Shown here: piece by piece, positions 10,136 to 21,797 of the stretch
Layout of the letters: each line of letters begins with the position of its first letter
Numbering within the stretch: the stretch's first letter is position 1
From: Vulcanimicrobiota bacterium
GTDB lineage: Bacteria; Vulcanimicrobiota; Vulcanimicrobiia; Vulcanimicrobiales; Vulcanimicrobiaceae
Direction: 5' to 3'
Length of the DNA: 64,000 bases
NCBI GenBank assembly: GCA_963723515.1
Contig: CAVRQT010000002.1
Location: forward strand, 782,548 to 846,547
Made by a program: the position numbers and the translations under genes
Notes under the pieces: model-generated
The model's database searches: none
The model's input: the letters and a program-made list of their open reading frames with translations, nothing else
Told to the model about the DNA's origin: nothing

Positions 10136-10700
10136 TGGTCGCTTCCTTTACCTTAGTGTTCTGAGGAGAAAATTTCGGTGGTCCGGTCGGCACCGCGCGG
10201 GGCGCCAAAATCATAAACATGTTTTTGCCTTCGAGTCGTGGCTCGCGTTCAACCGTTGCGATCGGCGCCATGTCGACGACCATGCGATCGAGCAGGCGGC
10301 GTCCGAAGTTGGCGTACGTGATCTCTCGCCCGCGAAACATGATCGTCACTTTGACTTTCCCGCCGTCCATCAAGAGCCGCTCGGCCATTCGCGCTTTCGT
10401 CTCGTAGTCGTGCGTCTCGATCTTCGGGCGAAGTTTGACTTCCTTTAACTCCCAGTTTTTCTGCTTGCGGCGAGCATCTTTATCTTTCTTCGATTGCTCG
10501 TACTTGAGCCGGCCGTAGTCGCCGATTTTGCAGACCGGGGGACTCGCGTTCGGAGAAACTTCGATCAGATCGAGCCCTGCCGTCCGCGCCGCATCTTGCG
10601 CCTCCTCCGTCAACATGATCCCAAGTTGTTGACCGTCTTCGCTGATCACGCGAACTTGTCGCACACGGATCTGGTCGTTCACTCGCAGCGGTTTTGCTAT
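10128..10700 (-). CDS. infC: Translation initiation factor IF-3 (probable ATA start)
   Basis: RVNDQIRVRQVRVI, PPVCKIGDYG, KEVKLRPKI, FRGRE; AAAGGAG 7 nt before ATA. Confidence 0.96.
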   Translation of the reverse strand: MAKPLRVNDQIRVRQVRVISEDGQQLGIMLTEEAQDAARTAGLDLIEVSPNASPPVCKIGDYGRLKYEQSKKDKDARRKQKNWELKEVKLRPKIETHDYETKARMAERLLMDGGKVKVTIMFRGREITYANFGRRLLDRMVVDMAPIATVEREPRLEGKNMFMILAPRAVPTGPPKFSPQNTKVKEATSA

Positions 10701-10751
10701 CCTTACTCTCCTTTTACATTGCGTTGAACTAACGCTCAACGCTTGCCGCCA

Positions 10752-10872
10752 AATAAAAAATGGCGCCGCCGAAGCAACCCCACTACTGAAAAGAACCTGC
10801 CGGCGGTCCCTTCGTGAAGACCGGATCGCTCGAGAGCATCCGGTGAGGATTGCGTTTGCATCCCACTTCGGC
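10752..10872 (-). promoter_or_regulatory. Structured leader of infC-rpmI-rplT (L20-leader-like) ending in hairpin plus U-tract
   Basis: CTCACCGGAT...ATCCGGT stem, then GGGGTTGC-TTCG-GCGGCGCC-ATTTTTT; position matches known L20 autoregulatory leaders. Confidence 0.5.
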
Positions 10873-10878
10873 TCGGGC

Positions 10879-10908
10879 AGTATAACAGGAGGCCTTCGGG
10901 ACTGTCAA
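10879..10908 (-). promoter_or_regulatory. Sigma70-type promoter of the infC operon
   Basis: TTGACA (10903-10908), 18-bp spacer, TG-n-TATACT (10879-10884). Confidence 0.75.
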
Positions 10909-10925
10909 ACGCCAAAGTGCCCGCG

Positions 10926-11435
10926 ATGGATGAACCGAGTACGGGCGAGCACGAGCTTTCCGGAAAAGCCGCAGCCTTGCCGCCGTGGATGCCGCTCGCG
11001 CTGCTCTGGGCGGAACGGCTGGTTTTCTTCGTGGTCGGCGTGCTGTTGTTTATCTCCGCGCTTGTCTTAGCGTTCAGAAGCATCCAAGTCTTGGGCCAGC
11101 TCTTCAACGGCACGGTATCCGATACGGTCTCGTTTACGGCCGAATTCTTGGATATGGTCCTGCTGATCTTGATGATCGTTGAAATTGCGTACACCGTCTC
11201 GCTTTCGTTGCGCGGCGCGATGTTGCGTGCGCAACCTTTCTTGATCGTCGGACTGATCGCGGTCATTCGGCGCGTGCTCGTGCTCACAGTGCAAGAAGTG
11301 CGCGACCGAGGAACGCCCGTCGCCGGCGGGTTGATTTCACGTCCAAACATCGAACTGGCGGTTCTTGCGCTGGTGGTAATGGTCTTCGTGCTGGCGATCT
11401 ATCTGCTCAGAAATAAGGAACCGCTGCACGAATAG
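10926..11435 (+). CDS. Phosphate-starvation-inducible PsiE family membrane protein
   Basis: Four hydrophobic helices; LLILMIVEI and PFLIVGLIAVIRRVL motifs. Confidence 0.75.
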   Translation: MDEPSTGEHELSGKAAALPPWMPLALLWAERLVFFVVGVLLFISALVLAFRSIQVLGQLFNGTVSDTVSFTAEFLDMVLLILMIVEIAYTVSLSLRGAMLRAQPFLIVGLIAVIRRVLVLTVQEVRDRGTPVAGGLISRPNIELAVLALVVMVFVLAIYLLRNKEPLHE

Positions 11436-11437
11436 CG

Positions 11438-12650
11438 CTAGCGCGCTTCAGTAAGTACCTCTTCTAAGGTCGCGGCGAGAAACTCGAGCTCGGGTCGTTC
11501 GATAATCAGCGGCGGAGCGATGCGCAAGACGTGCTCATGGGTCTCCTTTGCGATGATGCCTTTCTCCAGCAGACGTTCGGCGAGGAAGCGCGCCGAGCCG
11601 AAGACTTCGATTCCGATCAGCAAGCCGCGTCCTCTGACTTCCTTTATAGACCGGCCTTGCAGCGCGATGAGGCGCTGATGCAACATGGCTCCCGATTCCC
11701 GCGCGCGCTCGGGAAGCCGCTCATCCACGATAACATTGATGGCCGCTTCGGCGATCGCGCACGCCAATGGATTGCCGCCGAAGGTGCTGCCATGTTCGCC
11801 GGGCCGGAAAAGCAGCATCAGGTCGCGACTGGCAAGCGTTGCCGAAACTGGATAGACGCCACCGCCGAGCGCCTTGCCGATGGCAAGAATGTCCGGCTTG
11901 ACGCCGTCATGATCGCACGCAAAGAGATCGCCGGTTCGGCCGAGGCCGGTTTGAATTTCATCGGCGACAAAGAGCACATTGCGTTGCGTGCACAGCTCGC
12001 GCGCGGCGCGCAGATAGCTGGCCGGCGGCACGAGAACCCCGCCCTCACCCTGAATGGGTTCGATCAAAATCGCTGCCGTTTGCGGTGTGATCGCCGCTTG
12101 AAGCGCGGCGATGTCGCCGTACGGAATGTTGACGAAGCCGGGTGCGAACGGTCCGAAACTGCGGCGGTAGTTTGGTTCTGACGATGCGCTGATTGCCGCC
12201 AGCGTGCGTCCATGAAAATTGTTGGCAAAGACAACGATCTCGGCGGAGTTTTCAGCGATGCCTTTGCGGTCATAAGCCCAGCGCCGTGCGAGCTTTATGG
12301 CCGTCTCGATCGCCTCAACGCCCGTATTTGACGGCAGCGCCATCTCGTAGCCGCAAAGGTGCGTCAGCTTCTCGAGAAATTCACCCAGGCGTGCGTTGCG
12401 AACGGCACGCGAGACGAGCGAAACGCGTTTCGCTTGCTCACGTCAGAGCCGCAACGATGCGAGGATGCGCGTGGCCTTGATTGACCGCGGAGTAGGCGCT
12501 GATGCAATCGAGATAGCGATTCCCGTCGACGTCGTAGAGCCAAACGCCATCGGCTCGGGCGATGACGACGTTTAGTGGATCGTAATTGTGCGCGCCGTAT
12601 TTCTCTTCGAGATCGACGAACTGTTGCGTATGCGGGTTGGCCGTGTGCAT
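11438..12650 (-). CDS. rocD: Ornithine aminotransferase (frameshifts ~12345-12440)
   Basis: [61 protein letters not shown]. Confidence 0.92.
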
Positions 12651-12744
12651 CGCTGCTGGACTTAAGGACGGCGCAGGCCGCTCCTTTTTCGGCTCGCAAG
12701 CAGGGCGAAGGCGCGCGCAAATGTCATACGTTAAGCGTTGCAGA

Positions 12745-13592
12745 TGATTTCAGGAACTCAGGCGCAGGCGCGCCGCATCTTCGATCGCGATACCGCCGAT
12801 CTCCGGGAAGAAGGCCGCTCGCTTGTGCTATCGCATGGCGAACGGCGTTCGAAGGCGGCGTTGCTGCTGCACGGAATGACCGCAAGCCCGTGGCAGTTCA
12901 TTGAAGTCGCCCGTTCGCTTCACGAGCGTGGATATAACGTCGTCGTGCCGCGTCTGCCGCGACACGGCCATCGCGATCGTCTGACGAACGTGCTGGTCGA
13001 TCTCTCTTCCTCCGAATTGAAAGCGACGACGCAAAGCGCGATCGAGTTCGCGCGCGACTTAGGCAGTCGCTTGACCGTCATCGGTTTTTCGCTCGGCGGT
13101 CTTCTCGCAGCCTGGGCTGCGCAGCACTATGCAATTGAACGAGCGGTCTGTATCGCTCCATTTCTCGGCGTGGCGCTCGTCCCATCGCACATTGCGCGGC
13201 ATGCTTCGCGGATCGCATTGCGCCTGCCGAACTGGTTCGGGTGGTGGGATCCGATCCGCAGGGAACGCCAAATGCCGGCCCACGGGTATCCGCGGTACTC
13301 AACGCACGCCGTGGCGCGCGTGCAGCAGTTCGCCGGTGAGGTGTTAGAGGAAGCGCGCTGTGAACCGCCGCGCGCAAATTCGGTGCTCTTCGTCACCAAT
13401 GCGCGCGAAATGACGGTCAATAATGCGCAAACGCGAAAGCTTGCCGAGCGGTGGCGCAACCACCGTTCGGCAGTCATTGAGATGTTCGAGTTCAAAGATC
13501 TCCCGTTTTGCCATGACATCATCGAGCCGTCCAGACATCCCGGCGTAACGGCGCGCGTCTATCCCAAACTGTTGCAACTGATCGATCGGTGA
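12745..13592 (+). CDS. Alpha/beta hydrolase (carboxylesterase-like)
   Basis: LLLHG, PRLPRHG, GFSLGG nucleophile elbow, C-terminal HDII. Confidence 0.8.
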
Positions 13593-14148
13593 AGCGTCGC
13601 TGTGCTTGGGCGCGCAGCGATCTCATGATCGCCTACCACGATGGCGAGTGGGGCGTGCCGGTGCATGACGATCGAACGCATTTTGAATTCCTGATCCTTG
13701 AGGGCGCGCAGGCCGGCCTGAGCTGGGAAACGATCTTGCGAAAACGGGATGCGTATCGCAAAGTCCTTTGCCCAGTTCGATCCGAGACGCGTCGCGCGAT
13801 TTCACCGATGCGAAGATCGAACGGCTCTTAGGCGACGCCGGCATCGTGCGCAATCGCGCCAAGATCGAGTCGGCACGCGATAATGCCCGCGCTTTTCTGA
13901 GCGATTCAAAAAGAGTTCGGCAGTTTCGACGCTTACGTTTGGCGTTTCGTCAAGGGAAAGCCGGTCGTCAACCGCCCGAGAAAGCGGCCGACGTTCCGTC
14001 CAAGACGCCGCTCTCGGATGCACTAAGCAAAGACTTACGCAGCCGCGGTTTTCGATTCGCCGGCTCGACGATCTGCTACGCGTACATGCAAGCCGTCGGC
14101 TTGGTCGACGACCACGCCGCTGGCTGTTTCCGCGCCAAGCGCCGCTAG
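13589..14148 (+). CDS. tag: DNA-3-methyladenine glycosylase I (frameshifted)
   Basis: RCAWA, YHDGEWG, LEGAQAGLSW, GIVRNRAKI, YAYMQAVGLVDDH..C across two ORFs. Confidence 0.93.
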
Positions 14149-14152
14149 AGTC

Positions 14153-15052
14153 ATGCTTCTGCAACCGCCGTCGCGTCCGGCCGCAACGTACGATGAAGCG
14201 TTGCAGCGCGTTCGCGCGATGCAGGCGCTCGACGACGGTTCGATCTTGCCCGAAGCCGGCACGAAGCTCTACGACCATGGACGGCGCACGCCGCTGGTCG
14301 CTGTATTGTTGCACGGCTTGACGAATCACGCCGGCCAATACCGCGACTTTGCACCCCAGGTCCATGCGCAGGGCGTGAACGTCTTCGTTCCGCGTCTTCC
14401 GGAGCAAGGCGACCGCAATCGAATGACGACGCGCCTTGCGACCTTGACGGCGGAAGATCTCTTGCGAAGCGCAACGGAGGCGGTCGACATCGCACAAGGT
14501 CTTGGCGAGCGCGTAGCGCTGCTCGGGATCTCAACGAGCGGCCTCTTGTGTGCGTACTTCGCGCAGTGCCGCAACGATATCGCGCGCTCGATTCCGGTCA
14601 ACCCAGTCTTCGCAATGCTGCACTTTCCCTATTTGCTGAGCCGTTTGATCGCCGCAATCGCTCTCAAACTGCCGAACGTCTACATGTGGTGGGATCCGCG
14701 CTATAAGATGAAAGAGTTGCCGCAAACCGGCTACCCGCGCTTTCCGACGCATGCGCTGGCGCAATGTCTTCGCATCGGCGACGACGTCTATGCTGTAGCC
14801 AAGCGGCAACCGATGCGCGCGCAGTCGGTGGTCATGGTAACGAATAAGCGAGACCCCGCGGTCAATAACTCCGCAACGCGGCAAGTTGTTCGCGCGTGGC
14901 GCAAACGAACGCCCGAGCGCGTTCAGAGCTACGAATTCACGAACTTACCGGTCAACCATGACATCATCGATCCGCAGAATTCTCAGCCGCGTACCGACAT
15001 CGTCTATCCGGTTTTGCTATCCTTGATCATGCAGACGCCCTCGGCGGCATAA
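14153..15052 (+). CDS. Alpha/beta hydrolase, paralogue of 12745..13592
   Basis: LLHGLTN, PRLPEQG, GISTSG; shares WWDP, GYPR..THA and HDII with the upstream paralogue. Confidence 0.8.
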   Translation: MLLQPPSRPAATYDEALQRVRAMQALDDGSILPEAGTKLYDHGRRTPLVAVLLHGLTNHAGQYRDFAPQVHAQGVNVFVPRLPEQGDRNRMTTRLATLTAEDLLRSATEAVDIAQGLGERVALLGISTSGLLCAYFAQCRNDIARSIPVNPVFAMLHFPYLLSRLIAAIALKLPNVYMWWDPRYKMKELPQTGYPRFPTHALAQCLRIGDDVYAVAKRQPMRAQSVVMVTNKRDPAVNNSATRQVVRAWRKRTPERVQSYEFTNLPVNHDIIDPQNSQPRTDIVYPVLLSLIMQTPSAA

Positions 15053-15065
15053 AGGAGAATCGATC

Positions 15066-15140
15066 GTGCGCACTTTGCTCATCCTGGCGCTCGCGCTGAC
15101 CTTGACAACCGCTTGTTCGAACAACGCGGCGCGGCGATGA
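15066..15140 (+). CDS. Very short lipoprotein-signal ORF (24 aa as written)
   Basis: AAAGGAG then GTG; MRTLLILALALTLTTAC-SNNAARR with a lipobox. Confidence 0.45.
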   Translation: MRTLLILALALTLTTACSNNAARR

Positions 15141-15164
15141 AGTGAAAGCGGGCGGCGTAACGCG

Positions 15165-18100
15165 CTAGCGCGTGCCGGGAAGCTTCAGCGAAGGCCGCGT
15201 CTTGATGTCCGGCTTGACGATGTTGTTTTTCTTGGCCAAATCGAGAACGAGTTCGATCGCGCGCTCCATTTGCGGATCGTTTCCGTCGCGATAATCGTGC
15301 GGCGCGATATCAACGTCGTGGTCCGGATCGGTGCCGTAATTCTCGATCCCCCAACCGACATCGTTGAACCAGAATGACGCCTCCGGTTGCGTCGTAATCG
15401 TTCCGTCGACGAGGCGATGGTAAGGATTGATACCGATGACGCCGCCCCACGTCCGTTTTCCGATTAACGGACCGATGCCGTAGAGTTTGAAGCAATGGCT
15501 GAAGATGTCGCCGTCCGATCCGGCAAACTGGTTCGTTAAGGCGACGATGGGCCCGGCGATCGATTCGGGCGGATAGGGTTGCGTCGGCGCATAGCGCAGG
15601 ACGTCATAGCCCACCCGCTTGCGCAGAAGCTTGCCTAGCAGCAACGGTGAAACATGGCCGCCGCGATTGTAACGCACATCGACGATCAAGCCTTCGCGAT
15701 TGAACTCCGATAAGAAGCCGCGATGAAATTCCGAGAATCCCCACGGCCCCATGTCGGGGATGTGAATGTAGCCGATGCGATCGCGCGTGCGCCGGTGAAC
15801 GTTGCGCCGGTTTGTTTCGACCCACGAACGGTAGCGTAAGCGCTTTTCGTCGCCGAGCGTCTTTACGGCAAAACGCCGCTCGGAAGTCTTGCCGTCCTTT
15901 AGCATGACGACGACTTCCCGTTCGGCGAGATTGACGAGCGCTTGATCCGGACCGAACTCGCGCGTCAGCCGTCTGCCGTTGATGGCAATCAAGACGTCAC
16001 CTTCGGCGACGTCGGCGCCCGGTTCGGCGAGTGGAGAATCGATCTGGCGATTCCAGGAATCACCGCGCAAGATGCGCTCGATCCGATAGCCCTGCGCGCG
16101 TTCATCCCAAACAAAGTCTGCGCCGAGAAAGCCTTGCGCGTAGTGGGGCGGCTCGCCGCCAGTCGCCCCCGAATTCGTACGCGTGCGAGGTGCCGAGCTC
16201 GCCTTGCATCTCCCAAATCAGATCCGATAATTCCGCGCGCGTTCGAATGTACGGCAAGACGCGCTCGTAGCGCTCCAGGACGCGATTCCAATCGACCTCC
16301 GACATATCTTCGACCCAGAACTGTTCGCGTTGCAGTCGCCACGCCTCGCGATACATCTGCGACCACTCTTTGGCCGGCTCGACTTCAACGCCGACGCGCT
16401 CGAGATCGATCCAGCCGCTCTTGCGCCCGGGATCAGGCGGCGGCTTCGGCTGTTCGTCGCCTTCTTCAGGCAGATCCGCGAGCGCATCGATTGCGCGCAG
16501 CCGGTCTTGCGAGCGATACAGCAGCGTCCGATCGTCTCGCGCGAGCCGAATGTCACTGACGTCGCGAGCGATCGGCGCACATCGCATCTGATCGAAGTCA
16601 TAGGCGAGAAGCGTGCCGGCCTCAGGCTCCTCTTCCCAGCTTAATCCAACCGGCTCGATGCCTTTGACTTCGAATCTTGTAAAGAGCACGCGTTTGCGAG
16701 CCGCAGCAATTTCGCCGTACTGCCCTTCATCGACCGGGAAGCCGATCACGCGCCCCGTGATGCCGTCAAAGTCGATGTCAACGTGCGCCGGCTTCTTTGC
16801 TTTCTTGTCGTTGCCGGCGGCGTCGGCATGTCCGTCGTGATCGCGATGGATCGGGCGCGGCTTCGGAACGAACGGTGAGGGCACGTCTTTGCGCAGCGTC
16901 ACGACGTAGGGCCGCGCAGCTTGCGGAAAGCTCAGATCGAACTGCAATGCATCGTACACCGGATTAAAGTCGCGCGTGGAGATGAAGAACAGATAATTGC
17001 CTTCCGGATCCCACGCCGGCGAGTAGTCGGTTCGCATGGGCGGCGTCACATCGTGCACGCGACCCGATTTCACTTTCGCAACGCGAATGATCGACGTGTC
17101 GACAGCTGGCCAAGAGCAGTACGCGAGATAGCGGCCGTCCGGTGAGAAAGAGATGTCGGTGACGCGATTTGCCGGGCTCTTGTCAACGACGCGCGCATCG
17201 CCGCCCTTTGCGTCGATGAACAGCAGTTCGTGGCGGTGGTTGGCAACTGCTATCATGTCGTCAACGGGCGAACAAGCAAGGTCCGTAATCGCGCCCGATA
17301 TCGCCCTTGGTCAGCAACGCCGGCTTATCGCTTCCGTCTGCCGCATGCAGCTCGAGTTGTTCGAAGCCGTTGCGATCCGTGACGCAGATGACGTGTTTGC
17401 CGTCCGAAGTCCACTCCGTCAATCGATAGCGAGCTTTGCTTCCGGTACCGTGATGCAAGACGGCGTCTTCCCAGTACGGTAGCGTAAAGGGTTGGCCGCG
17501 TGAAACGAGCGCGAGACCGGTGCCGTCGGGCTGCGGCGCAAAATGTTCGAATTCTTCCGATGCGTGGACGAAACGCCGTACGGCTTCTCGTGCCGGAGAT
17601 GGCGTCGCCACCTCGAGCGTCGTAACGGAATCTGCGGCGACGTCGAGCACTTTTATATCGCCGCCGGCGGAGTAAACGATCCGTTTGCCGTCCGTGGACG
17701 GAAAACGCGCGTAGTAGTCGCGCTCGTGCGTGTGGCAGCGAATGTCGGCGCCGTTCAGGTCGCATGAGTAAATGTTTCCGATGCCCTCGCGATCATCGAG
17801 GAAGTAGATGCGCTGCCCGATCCACATCGGCCAGACGGGATTGCTGCCGGCCGCAATGAGTCGCGAAAACGTTCCTTTGCCGTTGCGATCGATCCAAAGC
17901 TCGCCCGCCGTTCCACCGCGATACCGTTTCCAGCGAGCACAATCATCGGCGTTGCGACCGACGACGAGTGCGCCTTTGGGTCCAAGAGACATCGATTTCA
18001 TGTGGCCGAGGCGCAGCGGGGTTAGCGGCTCGTCGCGTCCGATCGCGTAGCCGGCGGTTTCCCGTTCGTACCACGCTCTGACATTGCTAACGAAGTAGAC

Positions 18101-18400
18101 TCGCGTACTGTCGGCGCTCCACGTGCTGACGGCGGCGAGCGAACCGCCCAGGAACGTTAGCCGCTGGGCTGGACCGCCTTCGGCAGGCATGACATAGAGT
18201 TCCGGATTGCCCTCGTCATTGGCGATATAGGCGATCCATCGGCCGTCGGGCGAGAGCCGCGGTGTGCTGCATTGCCCTGAACTGACGGAAAGGCGAACCG
18301 CCGTGCCGCCGGTTGCCGGGGCGGCCCAGAGATCGTCCTCGCAGACGAAGACGATGCGCTCGCCGCTGATCGTCGGGTACCGATAATAACCATGGTTCAT
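15165..18400 (-). CDS. Tricorn-like S41 protease (frameshifts ~16090 and ~17260)
   Basis: GYYRYPTI, WKRYRGGTAG propeller, PDZ, GYIHIPDM, DVRYNRGG, GSDGDIF, GKRTWGG. Confidence 0.93.
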
Positions 18401-18482
18401 GAGGGCCGTAGGGTTGGCGCGTCAGCGCTGAGCGTCCCGCCGAGCTTGCGAGCGCCGTAACTTTGTGATACAAAGTTAGTCA

Positions 18483-19199
18483 ATGGCCGCACGCGTGCTC
18501 CCCCTGATTGCCGCTCCGCAACACGTCGCCATCATTATGGACGGCAACCGTAGATGGGCGCACCTGCATGGCGTCGATTTGCCGGGCGGCTATCGGCGCG
18601 GCGTCGATGCGTTGCGCAATGCCGTTGCGGCAGCGCTCGGTCACGGTGTTGAGGTCTTAACCGTCTACGGTTTCTCGACCGAAAATTGGCGTCGCGAGAA
18701 ATCCGAAGTGTCGTTACTGATGAACGTCTGTGGCGCCGCCGCGCAAAGCGAACTCTTCGGGCTGGTTCGAGAATCGGTTCGCGTTCGGATCGTCGGCGAC
18801 ATCACGCCGTTTCCGGCGTCGACTCGCGTAGCGTTGATGCAACTCGTCGCAGCAACGGCGCGCAATTCACGCTTGACGTTGCAAATTGCCTTGAACTACA
18901 GCGGGCGCGCGGAAATTTTGCGTGCGGTGCGCTCGATCGTGGCTGACGCTGCGACCGGCCAGCTTTCAAGCGACGACATCGATGAGGCGTTTTTGCGCGG
19001 TCGTATGTATGCGCCGGATTGTCCGGATCCGGATCTGTTGATTCGCACGGGCGGCGACTTGCGCGTTTCAAATTTCTTGCTCTACCAGCTCGCGTACACT
19101 GAGATCGTCGCCACGCCTGTGCTCTGGCCCGACTTCAACGAAAGTCATTTTGCGGCGGCAATTTCCGACTTCGAACAGCGTCGTCGCTTCGGCGCCTGA
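18483..19199 (+). CDS. uppS: Polyprenyl diphosphate synthase
   Basis: HVAIIMDGNRRWA, FSTENWRR, NYSGR, PDPDLLIRTGG, RVSNFLLYQ. Confidence 0.95.
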   Translation: MAARVLPLIAAPQHVAIIMDGNRRWAHLHGVDLPGGYRRGVDALRNAVAAALGHGVEVLTVYGFSTENWRREKSEVSLLMNVCGAAAQSELFGLVRESVRVRIVGDITPFPASTRVALMQLVAATARNSRLTLQIALNYSGRAEILRAVRSIVADAATGQLSSDDIDEAFLRGRMYAPDCPDPDLLIRTGGDLRVSNFLLYQLAYTEIVATPVLWPDFNESHFAAAISDFEQRRRFGA

Positions 19200-19244
19200 A
19201 AGAACGGAGCACGGTTCCGTCGGGACGCTCCCTTTCGTGCGCGT

Positions 19245-19336
19245 TGTCACGCTGAGGCTCTCGAAGCGCCACGGTGATGGAGAGACAGAACGCAAATGCG
19301 CGATTATGGTTGCCCTTCGACAAGCTCAGGGTGACA
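19245..19336. repeat. Palindromic REP/MITE-like element overlapping the GH125 3' end
   Basis: TGTCACGCTGAGGCTCTCGAAGCGCCACG ... CGATTATGGTTGCCCTTCGACAAGCTCAGGGTGACA; right arm near-identical to 7481..7516. Confidence 0.85.
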
Positions 19337-20758
19337 CAGTGCGCGCGCTCGGGCCAGCGTTGGTGTAAGAGCGCTCCCAGCGCGCGACGCATCTTCGAGT
19401 TGCACTTCAGGCGTCGTCAAACGCGGGGTTATCGAGCGCGGTTCGAGACCGAAGATCCGGTGCGGCGTCGTGAAATTGGTGTCCGAAAAACCGGCAACAC
19501 TGCGAAAGATCAATTCAGCGTACAGCGCGTTTGCCCACCCGAATTCCTCGCGCGTGTAGCGCCAATACCCGTCGGGATAGAAACTTTCGTGAATCAGACC
19601 GGTTTCGCTGTCGGTTTCAGCGAGGTCGGTCACGCTTTCGAGCGTCTCCTGGCGCGCCTGCGCCGTTAACGCGCGCGTGATAATACCGAGCGGCCAAATC
19701 CAACCGGGCGGCGTGTGCGCACTACCGAGCCCGCTCGCGTAACGGCCGCGGTGGTAATACGGGTCGGCCGCGGACAAGACAAAGGCGCGAGTCGATGCAT
19801 AGAGCGGATCGGCGTTGTTGCGATAACCAAAATACGGAATCGACAGCAAGTTGGGCAGATTCGCATCATCGATCAAGAGGACGCGGCCTTCGGCGTTCGT
19901 TTCGTACACGTACATCCAGCCGTGTCGAAAATCGTAGAATCGTCCGTATCGCTCAACACCGCTTTCAATCTGATCGCTGATTGTCTGCGCCCTGCTTGCG
20001 AGCGGGTAATCACCGTAGCCTTCGCGGGCGAGCACCACGAGCTCGCGAAGGGCAATCACCGCTACGATCTGTTGCGGGATATTGAAGCGGTATGCCACCG
20101 CATCGTCAGACGGTCGAAAGGCGCACCAGATCATGCCGGTACCGGCCGCGTAGTCGTATTCCGTCCGAGCGCGGCCCGGATACGAATAACGCGAGCACCG
20201 TTCGTGCTCTTGCTCGCAGCCATAGGTAGTAACGATGCTGCGTAAAGCGTCGTGCACCGAGCGGCTGAAGATCGTATGGTCTTGCGTCTGCGACCAATAG
20301 ACCCACGTAAGCAGAACGAAGAACGCAAGCGAGTCAACTTCCCACTTGCGCTCCCAAACCTGGTAATTGGGAAGAAACGCATTTGCATACGGGTCAACGT
20401 GGATGTTGCGCGCATCGCGTTCGATCACGCCGCCGATGCGCGCGCGAAGCTTCGGGTAGAACACCTGAAAGCGAACGTACGGTAGACTCTGTGCGGAGGA
20501 ATCGCGCAGCCACATCGCCGGGATGTCGCCGGTCTGCACGTACGTCGTTCCGTCCGGCTCTGCTCGGAAATCATTGAACAGCGTGTGAAAGAGCGATGAG
20601 GTCGTGATCGCGCGTACGCGCTGGCCGGTCAGCGGCACGCGCAGGAAACGCGGCGCTTCAAAGCGCGTTGAAAGCGAGATGGCATGGGTCGCATTCGCCG
20701 GCAGAGTCGTAGCGCAGATGATGATGATGAGCGCGACGGCGACTCTTCGATGCCACAT
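19304..20758 (-). CDS. Glycoside hydrolase family 125 (exo-alpha-1,6-mannosidase-like), secreted
   Basis: QTGDIPAMWLRDS, ERKWEVDSL, FRPSDD, DDANLPNLLSIPY, FGWANALYAE; signal peptide MWHRRVAVALIII. Confidence 0.88.
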   Translation of the reverse strand: MWHRRVAVALIIIICATTLPANATHAISLSTRFEAPRFLRVPLTGQRVRAITTSSLFHTLFNDFRAEPDGTTYVQTGDIPAMWLRDSSAQSLPYVRFQVFYPKLRARIGGVIERDARNIHVDPYANAFLPNYQVWERKWEVDSLAFFVLLTWVYWSQTQDHTIFSRSVHDALRSIVTTYGCEQEHERCSRYSYPGRARTEYDYAAGTGMIWCAFRPSDDAVAYRFNIPQQIVAVIALRELVVLAREGYGDYPLASRAQTISDQIESGVERYGRFYDFRHGWMYVYETNAEGRVLLIDDANLPNLLSIPYFGYRNNADPLYASTRAFVLSAADPYYHRGRYASGLGSAHTPPGWIWPLGIITRALTAQARQETLESVTDLAETDSETGLIHESFYPDGYWRYTREEFGWANALYAELIFRSVAGFSDTNFTTPHRIFGLEPRSITPRLTTPEVQLEDASRAGSALTPTLARARALCHPELVEGQP

Positions 20759-20804
20759 GCGCAGGGGAGGTGCGCCGCCGCGGCGGCCGCAATCCTTGTA
20801 CGCC

Positions 20805-21793
<989 letters not shown>

Positions 21794-21797
<4 letters not shown>

